DNA of 28,962 nt from an uncultured Candidatus Bathyarchaeia archaeon (GTDB lineage: Archaea > Thermoproteota > Bathyarchaeia > 40CM-2-53-6 > RBG-13-38-9): contig CAZRDQ010000018.1 in assembly GCA_964598945.1 (NCBI GenBank), positions 1-28,962 on the forward strand, given 5' to 3'. Shown piece after piece: positions 8,586 to 16,120 of the stretch. The notes beneath the pieces are model-generated. The model was not told where the DNA came from. It was given only the letters and a program-made list of their open reading frames with translations, and made no database searches. Within the stretch, counting starts at the first letter, position 1. Each line of letters starts with the position of its first letter. The translations under genes and the position numbers were made by a program.

Positions 8586-8686
8586 ATCCGTCAAGCTCTC
8601 TAAGCTCCAGCATGCATCTATTAATTGTGGAGATAGTGCTGAGAAGATTTTTATAGTAACTTGTATGTGGACATTCACTCATCGGG
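8586..8686. promoter_or_regulatory. Divergent promoter region for nucS and the Sm gene
   Basis: Two TATA-like boxes sit at about 8619-8627 (minus strand reads AATTAATAG) and about 8649-8656 (plus strand TTTATAGT). Each is roughly 30-40 nt from its start codon, implying very short or no leaders. Confidence 0.35.
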
Positions 8687-8926
8687 ATGCCTTTGGAGCC
8701 ATCAAAGAAGCCCCTGAATATGCTCATCAAGAAGGTGAACCAAGAAGTGACAGTCAAACTCAAGAACCATGCTGAGTACCGGGGGAAGATGATAGACTGC
8801 GACAGCCACATGAACATAATTCTCGAAGGTGCCACCGAATACAAAGGCGATGAGCCCTCCGCTAACTTCGGAAACATAATCGTCAGAGGCAATAATGTTC
8901 TATACGTCTGCATCGAGAAACCATAG
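8687..8926 (+). CDS. Sm-like archaeal protein (LSm/SmAP)
   Basis: 79 aa with Sm1/Sm2 motifs: VTVKLKNHAEYRGKMIDCDSHMNIILEGA ... IIVRGNNVLYV. Confidence 0.9.
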   Translation: MPLEPSKKPLNMLIKKVNQEVTVKLKNHAEYRGKMIDCDSHMNIILEGATEYKGDEPSANFGNIIVRGNNVLYVCIEKP

Positions 8927-8979
8927 ACAGAATGAGGAACGAAGCTAGCCGCATCCCAATGTGAGTCTAGGTTCAGAGT

Positions 8980-9879
8980 CTACAAGCCAAGAGACCTTCT
9001 CTTGCCTGTAACATATTCGAGGACTCTTTCCTCATCAGGCTTGAGTCCTGCCTTCTTCGTGAAACACCTGATAACGTTGGAGATGTCTCTTCTTAGATTC
9101 TCTTGAGCATTCGGATGGCTCACCCCGACACACTGAGGCCAATCGATTATCAGTACCTGACCGTTCGCTTTCACCAGAATGTTGTACTCACTCAAGTCAG
9201 AGTGGACAAGACCTGCTCTCCGGTACATCATTCTCATGTTTCTCAGAATCTTTCTCAAGATCGCCTCTGGATCCGTCATCTCAGCGAACTTTAGCTCAGT
9301 ACCCTCAATTACACTCATAACGACAGCATGCCTATTGTAAGCCAGCGGCTTCGGAACACTGACGCCCGCGGCATAGAGTGTCCTCAGGGCGGAATACTCC
9401 CTCTCAGCGGACAGTCTCGATTGATAAAGCCAAGAGATGTGAGAGCGGTCAGCGACGTATCCTCTCTTCCTCACCGTCTGCCTGAAACTCATCCTGCCCA
9501 GCCTGTGGAGCTTTATCACACATCTCTTACCGCGACTATCCAGGGCCTCGTATATGTCAGATTCCTTGCCGACACCCAGCGACTTACCTATCGCCTCCAC
9601 CGCTCCAGAATTGACAAAAGCTCTCAGAGCCAGAGCATCATAACCAGAGCCTGTCAGCACATAACCCTGGTAGCCTGAAGGTGGCTTCGCAGATCCTGCA
9701 AGAAATCGTTCTCGAGAAAGCCTCCTGATTCGATAGACTACCTCATCCTCTCTAAGCCTTGAGAACCTCACAATCTCCTGAAGCGGCACGAACTCGTGAC
9801 TCTTCATCGAAAATTCAGTCACTGAGAGAATTCTGAAATCATTGCTCACAAGAGACCTGAACCTCTCAGCGACGAACAT
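8980..9879 (-). CDS. rio2: RIO-type serine/threonine protein kinase Rio2
   Basis: N-terminal winged-helix region (...MKSHEFVPLQEIVRFS...) followed by the RIO kinase core (GVGKESDIYEA, HSDLSEYNILV, IIDWPQ). Confidence 0.88.
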   Translation of the reverse strand: MFVAERFRSLVSNDFRILSVTEFSMKSHEFVPLQEIVRFSRLREDEVVYRIRRLSRERFLAGSAKPPSGYQGYVLTGSGYDALALRAFVNSGAVEAIGKSLGVGKESDIYEALDSRGKRCVIKLHRLGRMSFRQTVRKRGYVADRSHISWLYQSRLSAEREYSALRTLYAAGVSVPKPLAYNRHAVVMSVIEGTELKFAEMTDPEAILRKILRNMRMMYRRAGLVHSDLSEYNILVKANGQVLIIDWPQCVGVSHPNAQENLRRDISNVIRCFTKKAGLKPDEERVLEYVTGKRRSLGL

Positions 9880-9921
9880 GTACGTCTCGCCCAGTATCTT
9901 TGACAGCAGGGAATAGTGAAC

Positions 9922-10341
9922 TTACCCACCCCTGAAGGGTGTGGGCTTCTCCCCTTGCGGATAGAGAAGTTCCTGCTTCAGCGATGAGAACTTGCCCAGT
10001 TGGGTAGAGGTTCTTATCTCCACAGGCGTATATTCGGATGGTTCCCACCCTATCTTTTCAAGCCCTAAACGTCTTATGTTGAGTGATGCGTTGAAGTCTC
10101 TACTGATCTTCAACCCACAGTGAGGACACTTATGTGTCCTTACTGCTAGAGTCTTGGGGACCTTAGTACCGCATCCACTACAGTTCTGGCTGGTGTTCCT
10201 AGGGGATACTCGTATGTGGAATTTACAGGCAGTCTCGGCCTTGTACCCCACCATCATTCTAAATCTTCCCCATGAAGCGTCAGCCATGTTTCTGGCGTTT
10301 GGGATTCCACGCATCAAACCTTGAACATTCAGGTCTTCCAT
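9922..10341 (-). pseudogene. tnpB: 3' remnant of a classical IS605/IS1341-type tnpB (C-terminal third only) plus its right-end region
   Basis: The ORF begins exactly at the RuvC-II motif (M)EDLNVQG. It retains the zinc finger CSGCG...CPHCG and RuvC-III RDFNASLNI. The tail ...EPSEYTPVEIRT... is the kind of frame-open right-end/omega-RNA region seen in archaeal tnpB genes. RuvC-I and the WED/REC parts are absent. Confidence 0.75.
9925..9945. repeat. GC-rich palindrome copy A (cccacccc-tgaa-gggtgtggg)
   Basis: 8-bp stem with one bulge, at the 3' end of the tnpB fragment. Near-identical to copies B and C. Confidence 0.85.
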
Positions 10342-10368
10342 GCAGATTACATTGAACTAGCAAGAAAG

Positions 10369-10388
10369 CCCACCCCTTCAGGGGTGGG
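10369..10388. repeat. GC-rich palindrome copy B (cccacccc-ttca-ggggtggg), left-end hairpin of tnpB copy 1
   Basis: Perfect 8-bp stem with a TTCA loop, followed by ATGAATTG. That flank is also found after the left-end hairpin of copy 2. Confidence 0.85.
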
Positions 10389-10420
10389 ATGAATTGCGAT
10401 CCAGAGAGGGACATCGGGGG

Positions 10421-10428
10421 CTTAAATG
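10421..10428 (+). promoter_or_regulatory. Conserved TATA-like box inside the left end of tnpB copy 1
   Basis: GGCTTAAATGT is conserved in both copies (the second at 14764-14771), about 35 nt upstream of the shared ATG. Confidence 0.4.
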
Positions 10429-10460
10429 TCTGGTGTTTCAATAATAATGCTGGTAGTTTC

Positions 10461-11741
10461 ATGCAGAGAACCAACACCTTCATCCTTGCTCCAACAGTAG
10501 AGCAAGAGAGGATACTGAGGGATAAAGCTACCAACTGTGCCAAACTTTGGAATGAGGCAACCTACCGCAAAAGACAGGCATACATGAACTATCAACCCAT
10601 AGATTGGCAGTGCTTAGATCTCTACCGCAAGTATTCTCCATTGACTGATTCAGCTACAACACAGCAGATCATCAGGAAGAGTAACGAATCATGGAGAAGC
10701 TTCTTCGCATTAAAGCAGCTGGAGCGAGAAGGCAAACTTCCACCAAACATCGAAAAGGTGTGTATGCCAGGATACCGGAAGAGAGATGGGAAATACAGGT
10801 TGATGTTAGTTCTGAGGAATGACTGCTACAGCCTAAAGGATGGAGTGATGAAACTACCTAAAGGACTGAGGACACCCTTCAAAGGTAAACCTAGATGGAA
10901 TGGTAAACAGGGTAGAGCCGAGATCATCCATGATGAGGTTGATGGGAAGTGGCGTGTCTTTCAGGCTGTAAATGTGAAGCCAATATTCAAGCCGCAAGGC
11001 TCCAAGACATGCTACATCGACATCGGCATTATCAACCTGTTCACCATCTGGCTTGAAGGATGGAGACAACCAATAGCATTCAGTGGGAGAAATCTGCTGT
11101 CTGACTGGTGGCACTGGAACAGACGAATAGCGGAATGCCAGAGCATTCTTGAAACAATTAATGGCAGGAAGAGTTCGAAGCGACTCAGCAGATTGTATAG
11201 GATGAGGCAACGGAGATTCCGACAAGCCATCAACACTATGATACGAAACATAGTGATAGACCTCTATGACCTAGGGGTTTCAAAGATTGTTATTGGTAGC
11301 CTAACTGGCATAAGAGAGGGCAATGATAAGGGTAAGAAGAGTAATTCGATGATCCATAGCTTCTGGAGCTTCAACTACCTCGTTCAAAGACTAAAGTGTA
11401 CAGCGCAGGAATACGGCATAAGAGTGAAAGAAGTCAACGAGTACAAAACCTCATCAATATGCATAAGATGTGGCTCAGAAAACATTGAGAGAAAAGGCAG
11501 ACTCTTCAAGTGTCTAGAATGTGGATTGGAGGCTCATAGAGATGCTATTGGCGTCTTGAATATGGCAAACCTTCAGTATGAAGGAACAGCCATCAGGGTG
11601 ATGACACACCCTAACCTTCTAAAATGGGATGGAATGAAGTGGCAGCCTAAAAGGCCGATGACCCGCCAACCAATGAACACTCCAGAAGCTAGAATCCCAT
11701 GGCTTAACGCCGACACCAGATCGCTTTCATCCCACCCTTGA
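10461..11741 (+). CDS. tnpB: TnpB-like RNA-guided-nuclease family protein (IS605 OrfB), copy 1
   Basis: RuvC-I CYIDIGIINL, zinc finger CIRCG...CLECG, RuvC-III AHRDAIGVLNMA. The start is set at MQRTNTFILAPTVEQE by homology with copy 2; the track's 10389 start reads through the left-end hairpin. The RuvC-II position reads IVIGSL. Confidence 0.85.
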   Translation: MQRTNTFILAPTVEQERILRDKATNCAKLWNEATYRKRQAYMNYQPIDWQCLDLYRKYSPLTDSATTQQIIRKSNESWRSFFALKQLEREGKLPPNIEKVCMPGYRKRDGKYRLMLVLRNDCYSLKDGVMKLPKGLRTPFKGKPRWNGKQGRAEIIHDEVDGKWRVFQAVNVKPIFKPQGSKTCYIDIGIINLFTIWLEGWRQPIAFSGRNLLSDWWHWNRRIAECQSILETINGRKSSKRLSRLYRMRQRRFRQAINTMIRNIVIDLYDLGVSKIVIGSLTGIREGNDKGKKSNSMIHSFWSFNYLVQRLKCTAQEYGIRVKEVNEYKTSSICIRCGSENIERKGRLFKCLECGLEAHRDAIGVLNMANLQYEGTAIRVMTHPNLLKWDGMKWQPKRPMTRQPMNTPEARIPWLNADTRSLSSHP

Positions 11742-11751
11742 AAGGTGTGGG
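11560..11751 (+). ncRNA. Candidate omega-RNA (reRNA) scaffold at the 3' end of tnpB copy 1
   Basis: Stem-loops CCTTCA-gta-TGAAGG (11570-11584) and AGGGTG-atgaca-CACCCT (11595-11612) are conserved in copy 2, with changes only in the loops. Terminal hairpin C follows. Boundaries are not determinable from sequence. Confidence 0.3.
11731..11751. repeat. GC-rich palindrome copy C (cccaccc-ttgaaa-ggtgtggg), right-end hairpin of tnpB copy 1
   Basis: It is preceded by TTCAT, the inverted counterpart of the ATGAA that follows copy B. Confidence 0.85.
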
Positions 11752-11834
11752 ATTTCCCGCTCACCTCTGTTAAGAGATGAATGCACTGGAATACTGACGC
11801 CTAGAGCGAAGACTTCAGTCTGAGGCTGAAGGTA

Positions 11835-12578
11835 TTGCTGAGATTAGCGTTTACTGGCAGAGCTTCAGAAGTCAGTCTTATCGCCGTCTTCGCAGCATTG
11901 GTGGCGGTCGCCACCGTCTCATTTTCGGTAAGCGTTCCGGCAACCAGGGGGTACTTCAACATCGGCGAGACCGCCATTTACGTCTCGGCACTGCTCTTCG
12001 GCGCCTCAGTCGGCGGCCTCTCAGCAGGCATCGGATCCATGATTGCTGACCTGGTGCTGGGCTATACATTGTTCGCCCCGGCGACACTGCTCACGAAAGG
12101 AATCGAGGGCGCCATTGTGGGATATCTTGGGAAGAGGAGAGAAGTCCTGGGCCACCGGTTGAGGAGATTGTTGGCAGGTGCAACCGCATCAGCTCTGGGC
12201 ACTATCATCTTGGCCGTGGGCTCCAGCTACTACACGGGCTCAGTGGAGTTCACTCTCGCCTCACCAGTGAACCCTATTAGCTTCGAGGTTGATGTTCCCT
12301 TAATGTTCTGGATTGTACTAGCATTTGTCGCAGCGGTCTCGGTTCTGTACGTGTCACTGAAGTATGACCCTAGTCTCAACTTGGAGGTGATCGCAGTTCT
12401 GACGGGCGGGGCTGAGATGGTGATAGGTTACTTCCTCTATGAGCAACTGGTCCTAGGCGTCGCCGCAATAGTTGAGATACCCATCAACATTGGCCAGATG
12501 ATGATTGGTGCTGTCGTAGCCATACCCCTTGTCAGAGCTGTTAGGACCAGAATTCCCCTGGCCGTTCGCCCGTCATGA
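11835..12578 (+). CDS. Integral membrane protein, ECF-transporter S-component-like
   Basis: Multi-pass hydrophobic protein with the S-component-like stretch YFNIGETAIYVSALLFGASVGGLSAGIGSMIADLVLG...LLTKGIEGAIVGYL. TTG start; no ECF A/T genes in the window. Confidence 0.5.
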   Translation: MLRLAFTGRASEVSLIAVFAALVAVATVSFSVSVPATRGYFNIGETAIYVSALLFGASVGGLSAGIGSMIADLVLGYTLFAPATLLTKGIEGAIVGYLGKRREVLGHRLRRLLAGATASALGTIILAVGSSYYTGSVEFTLASPVNPISFEVDVPLMFWIVLAFVAAVSVLYVSLKYDPSLNLEVIAVLTGGAEMVIGYFLYEQLVLGVAAIVEIPINIGQMMIGAVVAIPLVRAVRTRIPLAVRPS

Positions 12579-12679
12579 CCAAACCTAGGATCCCAATGTT
12601 ATTCATGTTGCTCCAGCCTGATGGTAAGCCAAGCCATCATCAGCCAGTAGCGCTTGTACAGGACTATCTTGACCTATGA

Positions 12680-14305
12680 TTACGGCTTGCCTCTTGCTAG
12701 GGCCCTCTTCAAGCAGGCTGCGATGAAGCCGTTGTAAGGTGGGGCAGGCCTGTTAGGCCGGGACTTGAACTCTCCGTGAAACTGGGTTGCCAGATGGAAG
12801 AGCTGACTCGGGATCTCAAGAACCTCCATGCGCAAACCGTCTGTGCTCCTGCCTGAGAAGATAAGCCCAGCCTCCTCAAGCCGGGCAAGGTACTTCTGGT
12901 TTGCCTCGTAGCGGTGGCGATGCCTTTCACTGATGACCTTTCTTCCGTAGAGCCGGTAAGCCAGCGTGCTAGGAGTGAGAACTATCTCGTTTGCGCCCAA
13001 CCTCATAGTGGCGCCTTTCTGCTCCATCGAGTGTTGTTCTGGCATGAGATCGATAACAGGATGTTCAGCATCTGGCCTTATCTCTGTGGAGTTCGCTCCG
13101 ACCAGGCCTATCTGCCTTGCGAACTCAACAATAGCCATCTGGAATCCGAAGCATATCCCGAGGAAGGGTATATTCTTCCGGCGTGCATGCGATATTGCCA
13201 TTATCTTTCCTTCTGTGCCTCTGGCGCCGAAGCCGCCTGGAATCAGTATTCCATCGTAGCTGTCTAGTTCTCGGAGTCTGGAGGGATCCTCTTCGAAGGT
13301 CTCGGTCTCTACCCAACTTATCTTGACTAGGGAGTCGTTGGCAGCACCCGCGTGTCTTAGGGCCTCATTTATGCTGACGTACGAGTCTGCCAGCTCGGCA
13401 TATTTTCCGCATACTGCAATCTTCACCTGATTCTTGGGGTCGACAAATCCCTTCAGCATCTTCCTCCAAGCCTTCCAGTCGGGTTTCTTGGTCTTCAGAA
13501 GCATCCGTTTACTCAGGTACTCGCCCAGGCCTTGGTCATCGAGTATCAAAGGGAGTTCATAGACGCTTCTTATGTCAGGCGAGGTGAATACAGCTCTCTC
13601 TTCTATGTTACAGAACAGGGCGATCTTTCTCTTCGGTTCCGGCTTGAGCGCACTATGGCTTCTTACAACGACTGCATCTGGCTGTATTCCGATCCTTCGG
13701 AGCTCTTGAACGCTGTGCTGTGTGGGTTTTGTCTTCTGTTCTCCCACGACCTCGAGGATCGGAACAAGGGTGACGTGTATATAGAAGACGTTGTTCGGCC
13801 CCTCCTCGAGTCTCATCTGTCTTGCTGCCTCTAGGAAGGGTAGGCTTTCTATGTCTCCGACCGTTCCACCAATCTCGATAATGGCGCAATCAGCTTTGCT
13901 TTTTCTTGCGGTTGACCGTATCTTATCTTTGATCTCATCCGTGATGTGCGGTATTATCTGGATGCATTTGCCTAGAAGCTCCCCCTTGCGCTCTTTCCCT
14001 ATCACTGAGATGTAGATCTGACCTGTGGTGATGTTGTGTTCCTTGGAGATATTCACATCCAGGAACCGTTCGTAGGTTCCTAGGTCCATGTCGGTCTCGC
14101 CGCCGTCCTCGGTGACGAAGACCTCACCGTGAATGTAAGGATTCATTGTTCCGGCATCAACATTGAGGTAAGGGTCTATCTTGATAGCCGTGACGGTCAT
14201 TCCCCTGGTTTGCAGAATCCTTCCAACAGATGCTGCTGTCACGCCCTTGCCGATTCCGGACATCACACCACCCGTTATGAAGATGTACCTGACCACACCC
14301 CACAC
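12680..14305 (-). CDS. pyrG: CTP synthase
   Basis: N-terminus [15 protein letters not shown]. Glutamine amidotransferase domain with GICFGFQ and HRHRYE. The start could be GTG 14305 or GTG 14296. A TATA-like TTATAA sits about 35 nt upstream. Confidence 0.93.
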   Translation of the reverse strand: MWGVVRYIFITGGVMSGIGKGVTAASVGRILQTRGMTVTAIKIDPYLNVDAGTMNPYIHGEVFVTEDGGETDMDLGTYERFLDVNISKEHNITTGQIYISVIGKERKGELLGKCIQIIPHITDEIKDKIRSTARKSKADCAIIEIGGTVGDIESLPFLEAARQMRLEEGPNNVFYIHVTLVPILEVVGEQKTKPTQHSVQELRRIGIQPDAVVVRSHSALKPEPKRKIALFCNIEERAVFTSPDIRSVYELPLILDDQGLGEYLSKRMLLKTKKPDWKAWRKMLKGFVDPKNQVKIAVCGKYAELADSYVSINEALRHAGAANDSLVKISWVETETFEEDPSRLRELDSYDGILIPGGFGARGTEGKIMAISHARRKNIPFLGICFGFQMAIVEFARQIGLVGANSTEIRPDAEHPVIDLMPEQHSMEQKGATMRLGANEIVLTPSTLAYRLYGRKVISERHRHRYEANQKYLARLEEAGLIFSGRSTDGLRMEVLEIPSQLFHLATQFHGEFKSRPNRPAPPYNGFIAACLKRALARGKP

Positions 14306-14378
14306 CTCAACAGTACAAACCGCACCAAATGGTCCTTATAACATTCTCCTGATGTCTTTCTCTCTCAAGCAAATGGTC

Positions 14379-14645
14379 TCATTCGTCAGGCTCTTCCTGT
14401 CTGGCCTGCATCTTGCTCCTCTCTGGGAGCATCGAGTATCTTCCGTCGGAGGTTCTGTACACAGCGAGCCTTCCAACCGTCTCCCACAGATCCTCTTTCA
14501 GACGCCTGACTTGAACAGTGAGGACCTCCGCGGACGGGTCAGACTTTCCCGGCCAGACTGCGAAACTGAGAAAGTCGCCGTCCGGCAGCCTCGTGGAGAA
14601 ACGGGCCTTCGGTTGCTGCCTCTCAGACAAGTGAATCACCAACAC
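14379..14645 (-). CDS. Hypothetical small protein (about 88 aa)
   Basis: The frame is open. GTG 14645 lies about 25 nt downstream of a TATA-like TCTATAAG (plus 14668-14675). No family is recognised. The longer track ORF (to 14939) runs antisense through tnpB copy 2 and its left end. Confidence 0.4.
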   Translation of the reverse strand: MLVIHLSERQQPKARFSTRLPDGDFLSFAVWPGKSDPSAEVLTVQVRRLKEDLWETVGRLAVYRTSDGRYSMLPERSKMQARQEEPDE

Positions 14646-14763
14646 ATTCGTCAAACAACTGATTGTTCTTATAGAGAATTCGGTTAAGCTTACAGGGGTT
14701 AGTTCAAGAAAGCTACCGGCTTCAGCCGTGTAGATGAATTGGGCACAGAGAAGGCATTTGAGG

Positions 14764-14771
14764 CTTAAATG
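14764..14771 (+). promoter_or_regulatory. Conserved TATA-like box inside the left end of tnpB copy 2
   Basis: Same GGCTTAAATGT as in copy 1, about 35 nt upstream of ATG 14805. Confidence 0.4.
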
Positions 14772-14804
14772 TGAGGTCACACCATAATTGATATTGGCAG
14801 TTTC

Positions 14805-16046
14805 ATGCGGAGAGCGAATACCTTCATCCTTGCTCCAACAGTGGAGCAAGAGAGAATACTGCGTGAGAGAGCTATCAACTGCGCCAAGCTTTGGAATGAA
14901 GTAGTCTACCGCAGAAGACAAGCATACATGAACTACCAACCCATAGACTGCGAATGCAAAGAACTCTACCAGAAATATTCACCATTAATTGATTCAGCGA
15001 CAGCTCAACAGATCATTAGAAAAAACAAAGAGTCATGGAGAAGCTTCCTTGCATTGAAGAACTTAGAGCGAGAGGGCAGACTTCCGACGAACATAGAGAA
15101 GGTGTGTATGCCAGGGTTCTGGAAGAAAGATGGAAAGTATAGGCTGATGATGGTTCTTAGGAACGACTGCTACAGCCTCAAGGATGGAGTGATGAAACTG
15201 CCAAAAGGATTGAGAATTCCCTTCAAAGGCAAGCCAAGGTGGAGTGGTAAGCAGGGAAAAGCCGAGGTCATCTATAATGATGTAGATGGAAAGTGGCGTG
15301 TCTTTCAGGCTGTAAAGGTGAAGCCATTATTCAAGCCGAGAGGCTCCAAGACATGCTACATAGACCTCGGGATCATTAACCTCGCCACCATCTGGCTTGA
15401 AGGCTGGAAGCAACCAATAGCATACAATGGGAGAAACCTGCTCTCTGACTGGTGGCACTGGAACAGGAGAATAGCGGACTGTCAGAGCATACTTGAAACA
15501 ATCAACAGCAAGAAAAGCTCAAAGCGACTGAGCAGACTCTACAGTACACGCCAGAGTAGATTCAGGCAAGCCATCAACACCATGACAAGAAACATGGTAA
15601 GAGACCTATATGATTTGGGCGTCTCAAAGATCACTATTGGAGACCTGACAGGCATCAGAGAGAACAATGATAAGGGAAAGAAGAGCAACTCAATGATCCA
15701 TAACTTCTGGAGCATCAACTACATAGTTCAAAGAATGAAGTGTACAGCGCAAGAATACGGCATAAGAGTCAAAGAAGTCAACGAATACAAGACCTCAAGC
15801 AGATGCATAAGATGTAGCTCAGAAAACATTGAGAGGAAAGGGAGACTATTCAGATGTCTAGAATGTGGATTGGAAGCCAACAGAGACGCTGTTGGAGCCT
15901 TAAACATGGCAAACCTTCAACATGAAGGAACAGCCATCAGGGTGGTGACACACCCTAAACTTCTAAAGCGGGATGGAATGAGGTGGCAGCCTAAAAGGGC
16001 AATGACCCACCGACCAATGAACATGATAGAAGCTAGAATCTCCTGA
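14805..16046 (+). CDS. tnpB: TnpB-like RNA-guided-nuclease family protein (IS605 OrfB), copy 2
   Basis: 413 aa, collinear with copy 1. RuvC-I CYIDLGIINL, RuvC-II position ITIGDL, zinc finger CIRCS...CLECG, RuvC-III ANRDAVGALNMA. Confidence 0.88.
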   Translation: MRRANTFILAPTVEQERILRERAINCAKLWNEVVYRRRQAYMNYQPIDCECKELYQKYSPLIDSATAQQIIRKNKESWRSFLALKNLEREGRLPTNIEKVCMPGFWKKDGKYRLMMVLRNDCYSLKDGVMKLPKGLRIPFKGKPRWSGKQGKAEVIYNDVDGKWRVFQAVKVKPLFKPRGSKTCYIDLGIINLATIWLEGWKQPIAYNGRNLLSDWWHWNRRIADCQSILETINSKKSSKRLSRLYSTRQSRFRQAINTMTRNMVRDLYDLGVSKITIGDLTGIRENNDKGKKSNSMIHNFWSINYIVQRMKCTAQEYGIRVKEVNEYKTSSRCIRCSSENIERKGRLFRCLECGLEANRDAVGALNMANLQHEGTAIRVVTHPKLLKRDGMRWQPKRAMTHRPMNMIEARIS

Positions 16047-16058
16047 CTTCAGTCATGG
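15905..16058 (+). ncRNA. Candidate omega-RNA scaffold at the 3' end of tnpB copy 2
   Basis: Stems CCTTCA-aca-TGAAGG (15914-15928) and AGGGTG-gtgaca-CACCCT (15939-15956) are conserved, followed by the terminal TTCA-loop hairpin (16042-16058). Confidence 0.3.
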
Positions 16059-16120
16059 AGAGTGTCAAAACAAGCCTTTTAGAGGAGAGTTTTTCGAAAG
16101 GCCTCTGGGGCATGTGTTCG

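Larger units (their letters stand above)
10346..11751 (+). mobile_element. IS200/IS605-family TnpB-only element, copy 1 (no tnpA)
   Basis: It is bounded by inverted hairpins B and C. Homology with copy 2 starts somewhere in 10346-10361 (CAAGAAAGC; possibly from TTACA at 10347). The exact ends are not determinable here. Confidence 0.6.
14690..16058 (+). mobile_element. IS200/IS605-family TnpB-only element, copy 2 (no tnpA)
   Basis: Left-end homology to copy 1 runs from about 14690-14705. Left hairpin ctaccggc-ttca-gccgtgtag (14713-14733) is followed by ATGAATTG. Short TTCA-loop hairpin cctgac-ttca-gtcatgg (16042-16058) overlaps the stop codon. The ends are approximate. Confidence 0.55.

Noticed and set aside
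10389-10460. A 24-codon N-terminal extension of tnpB copy 1 in the ORF track.
   Set aside because: It starts immediately after the left-end hairpin and runs across the conserved TATA-like box. Copy 2 has no such extension, and both copies share the ATG at MQRTN/MRRAN.
14646-14939. The upstream two-thirds of the 186-aa minus-strand ORF, which could be read as a gene disrupted by or fused to the IS.
   Set aside because: This part runs antisense through tnpB copy 2 and its left end. A TATA-like box about 25 nt before GTG 14645 supports the short 88-aa version.
16055-16120. A 22-codon N-terminal extension of purA in the ORF track.
   Set aside because: It overlaps the right-end hairpin of tnpB copy 2. 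PurA proteins start a few residues before the GG..GDEGKGK P-loop, which fits ATG 16121.
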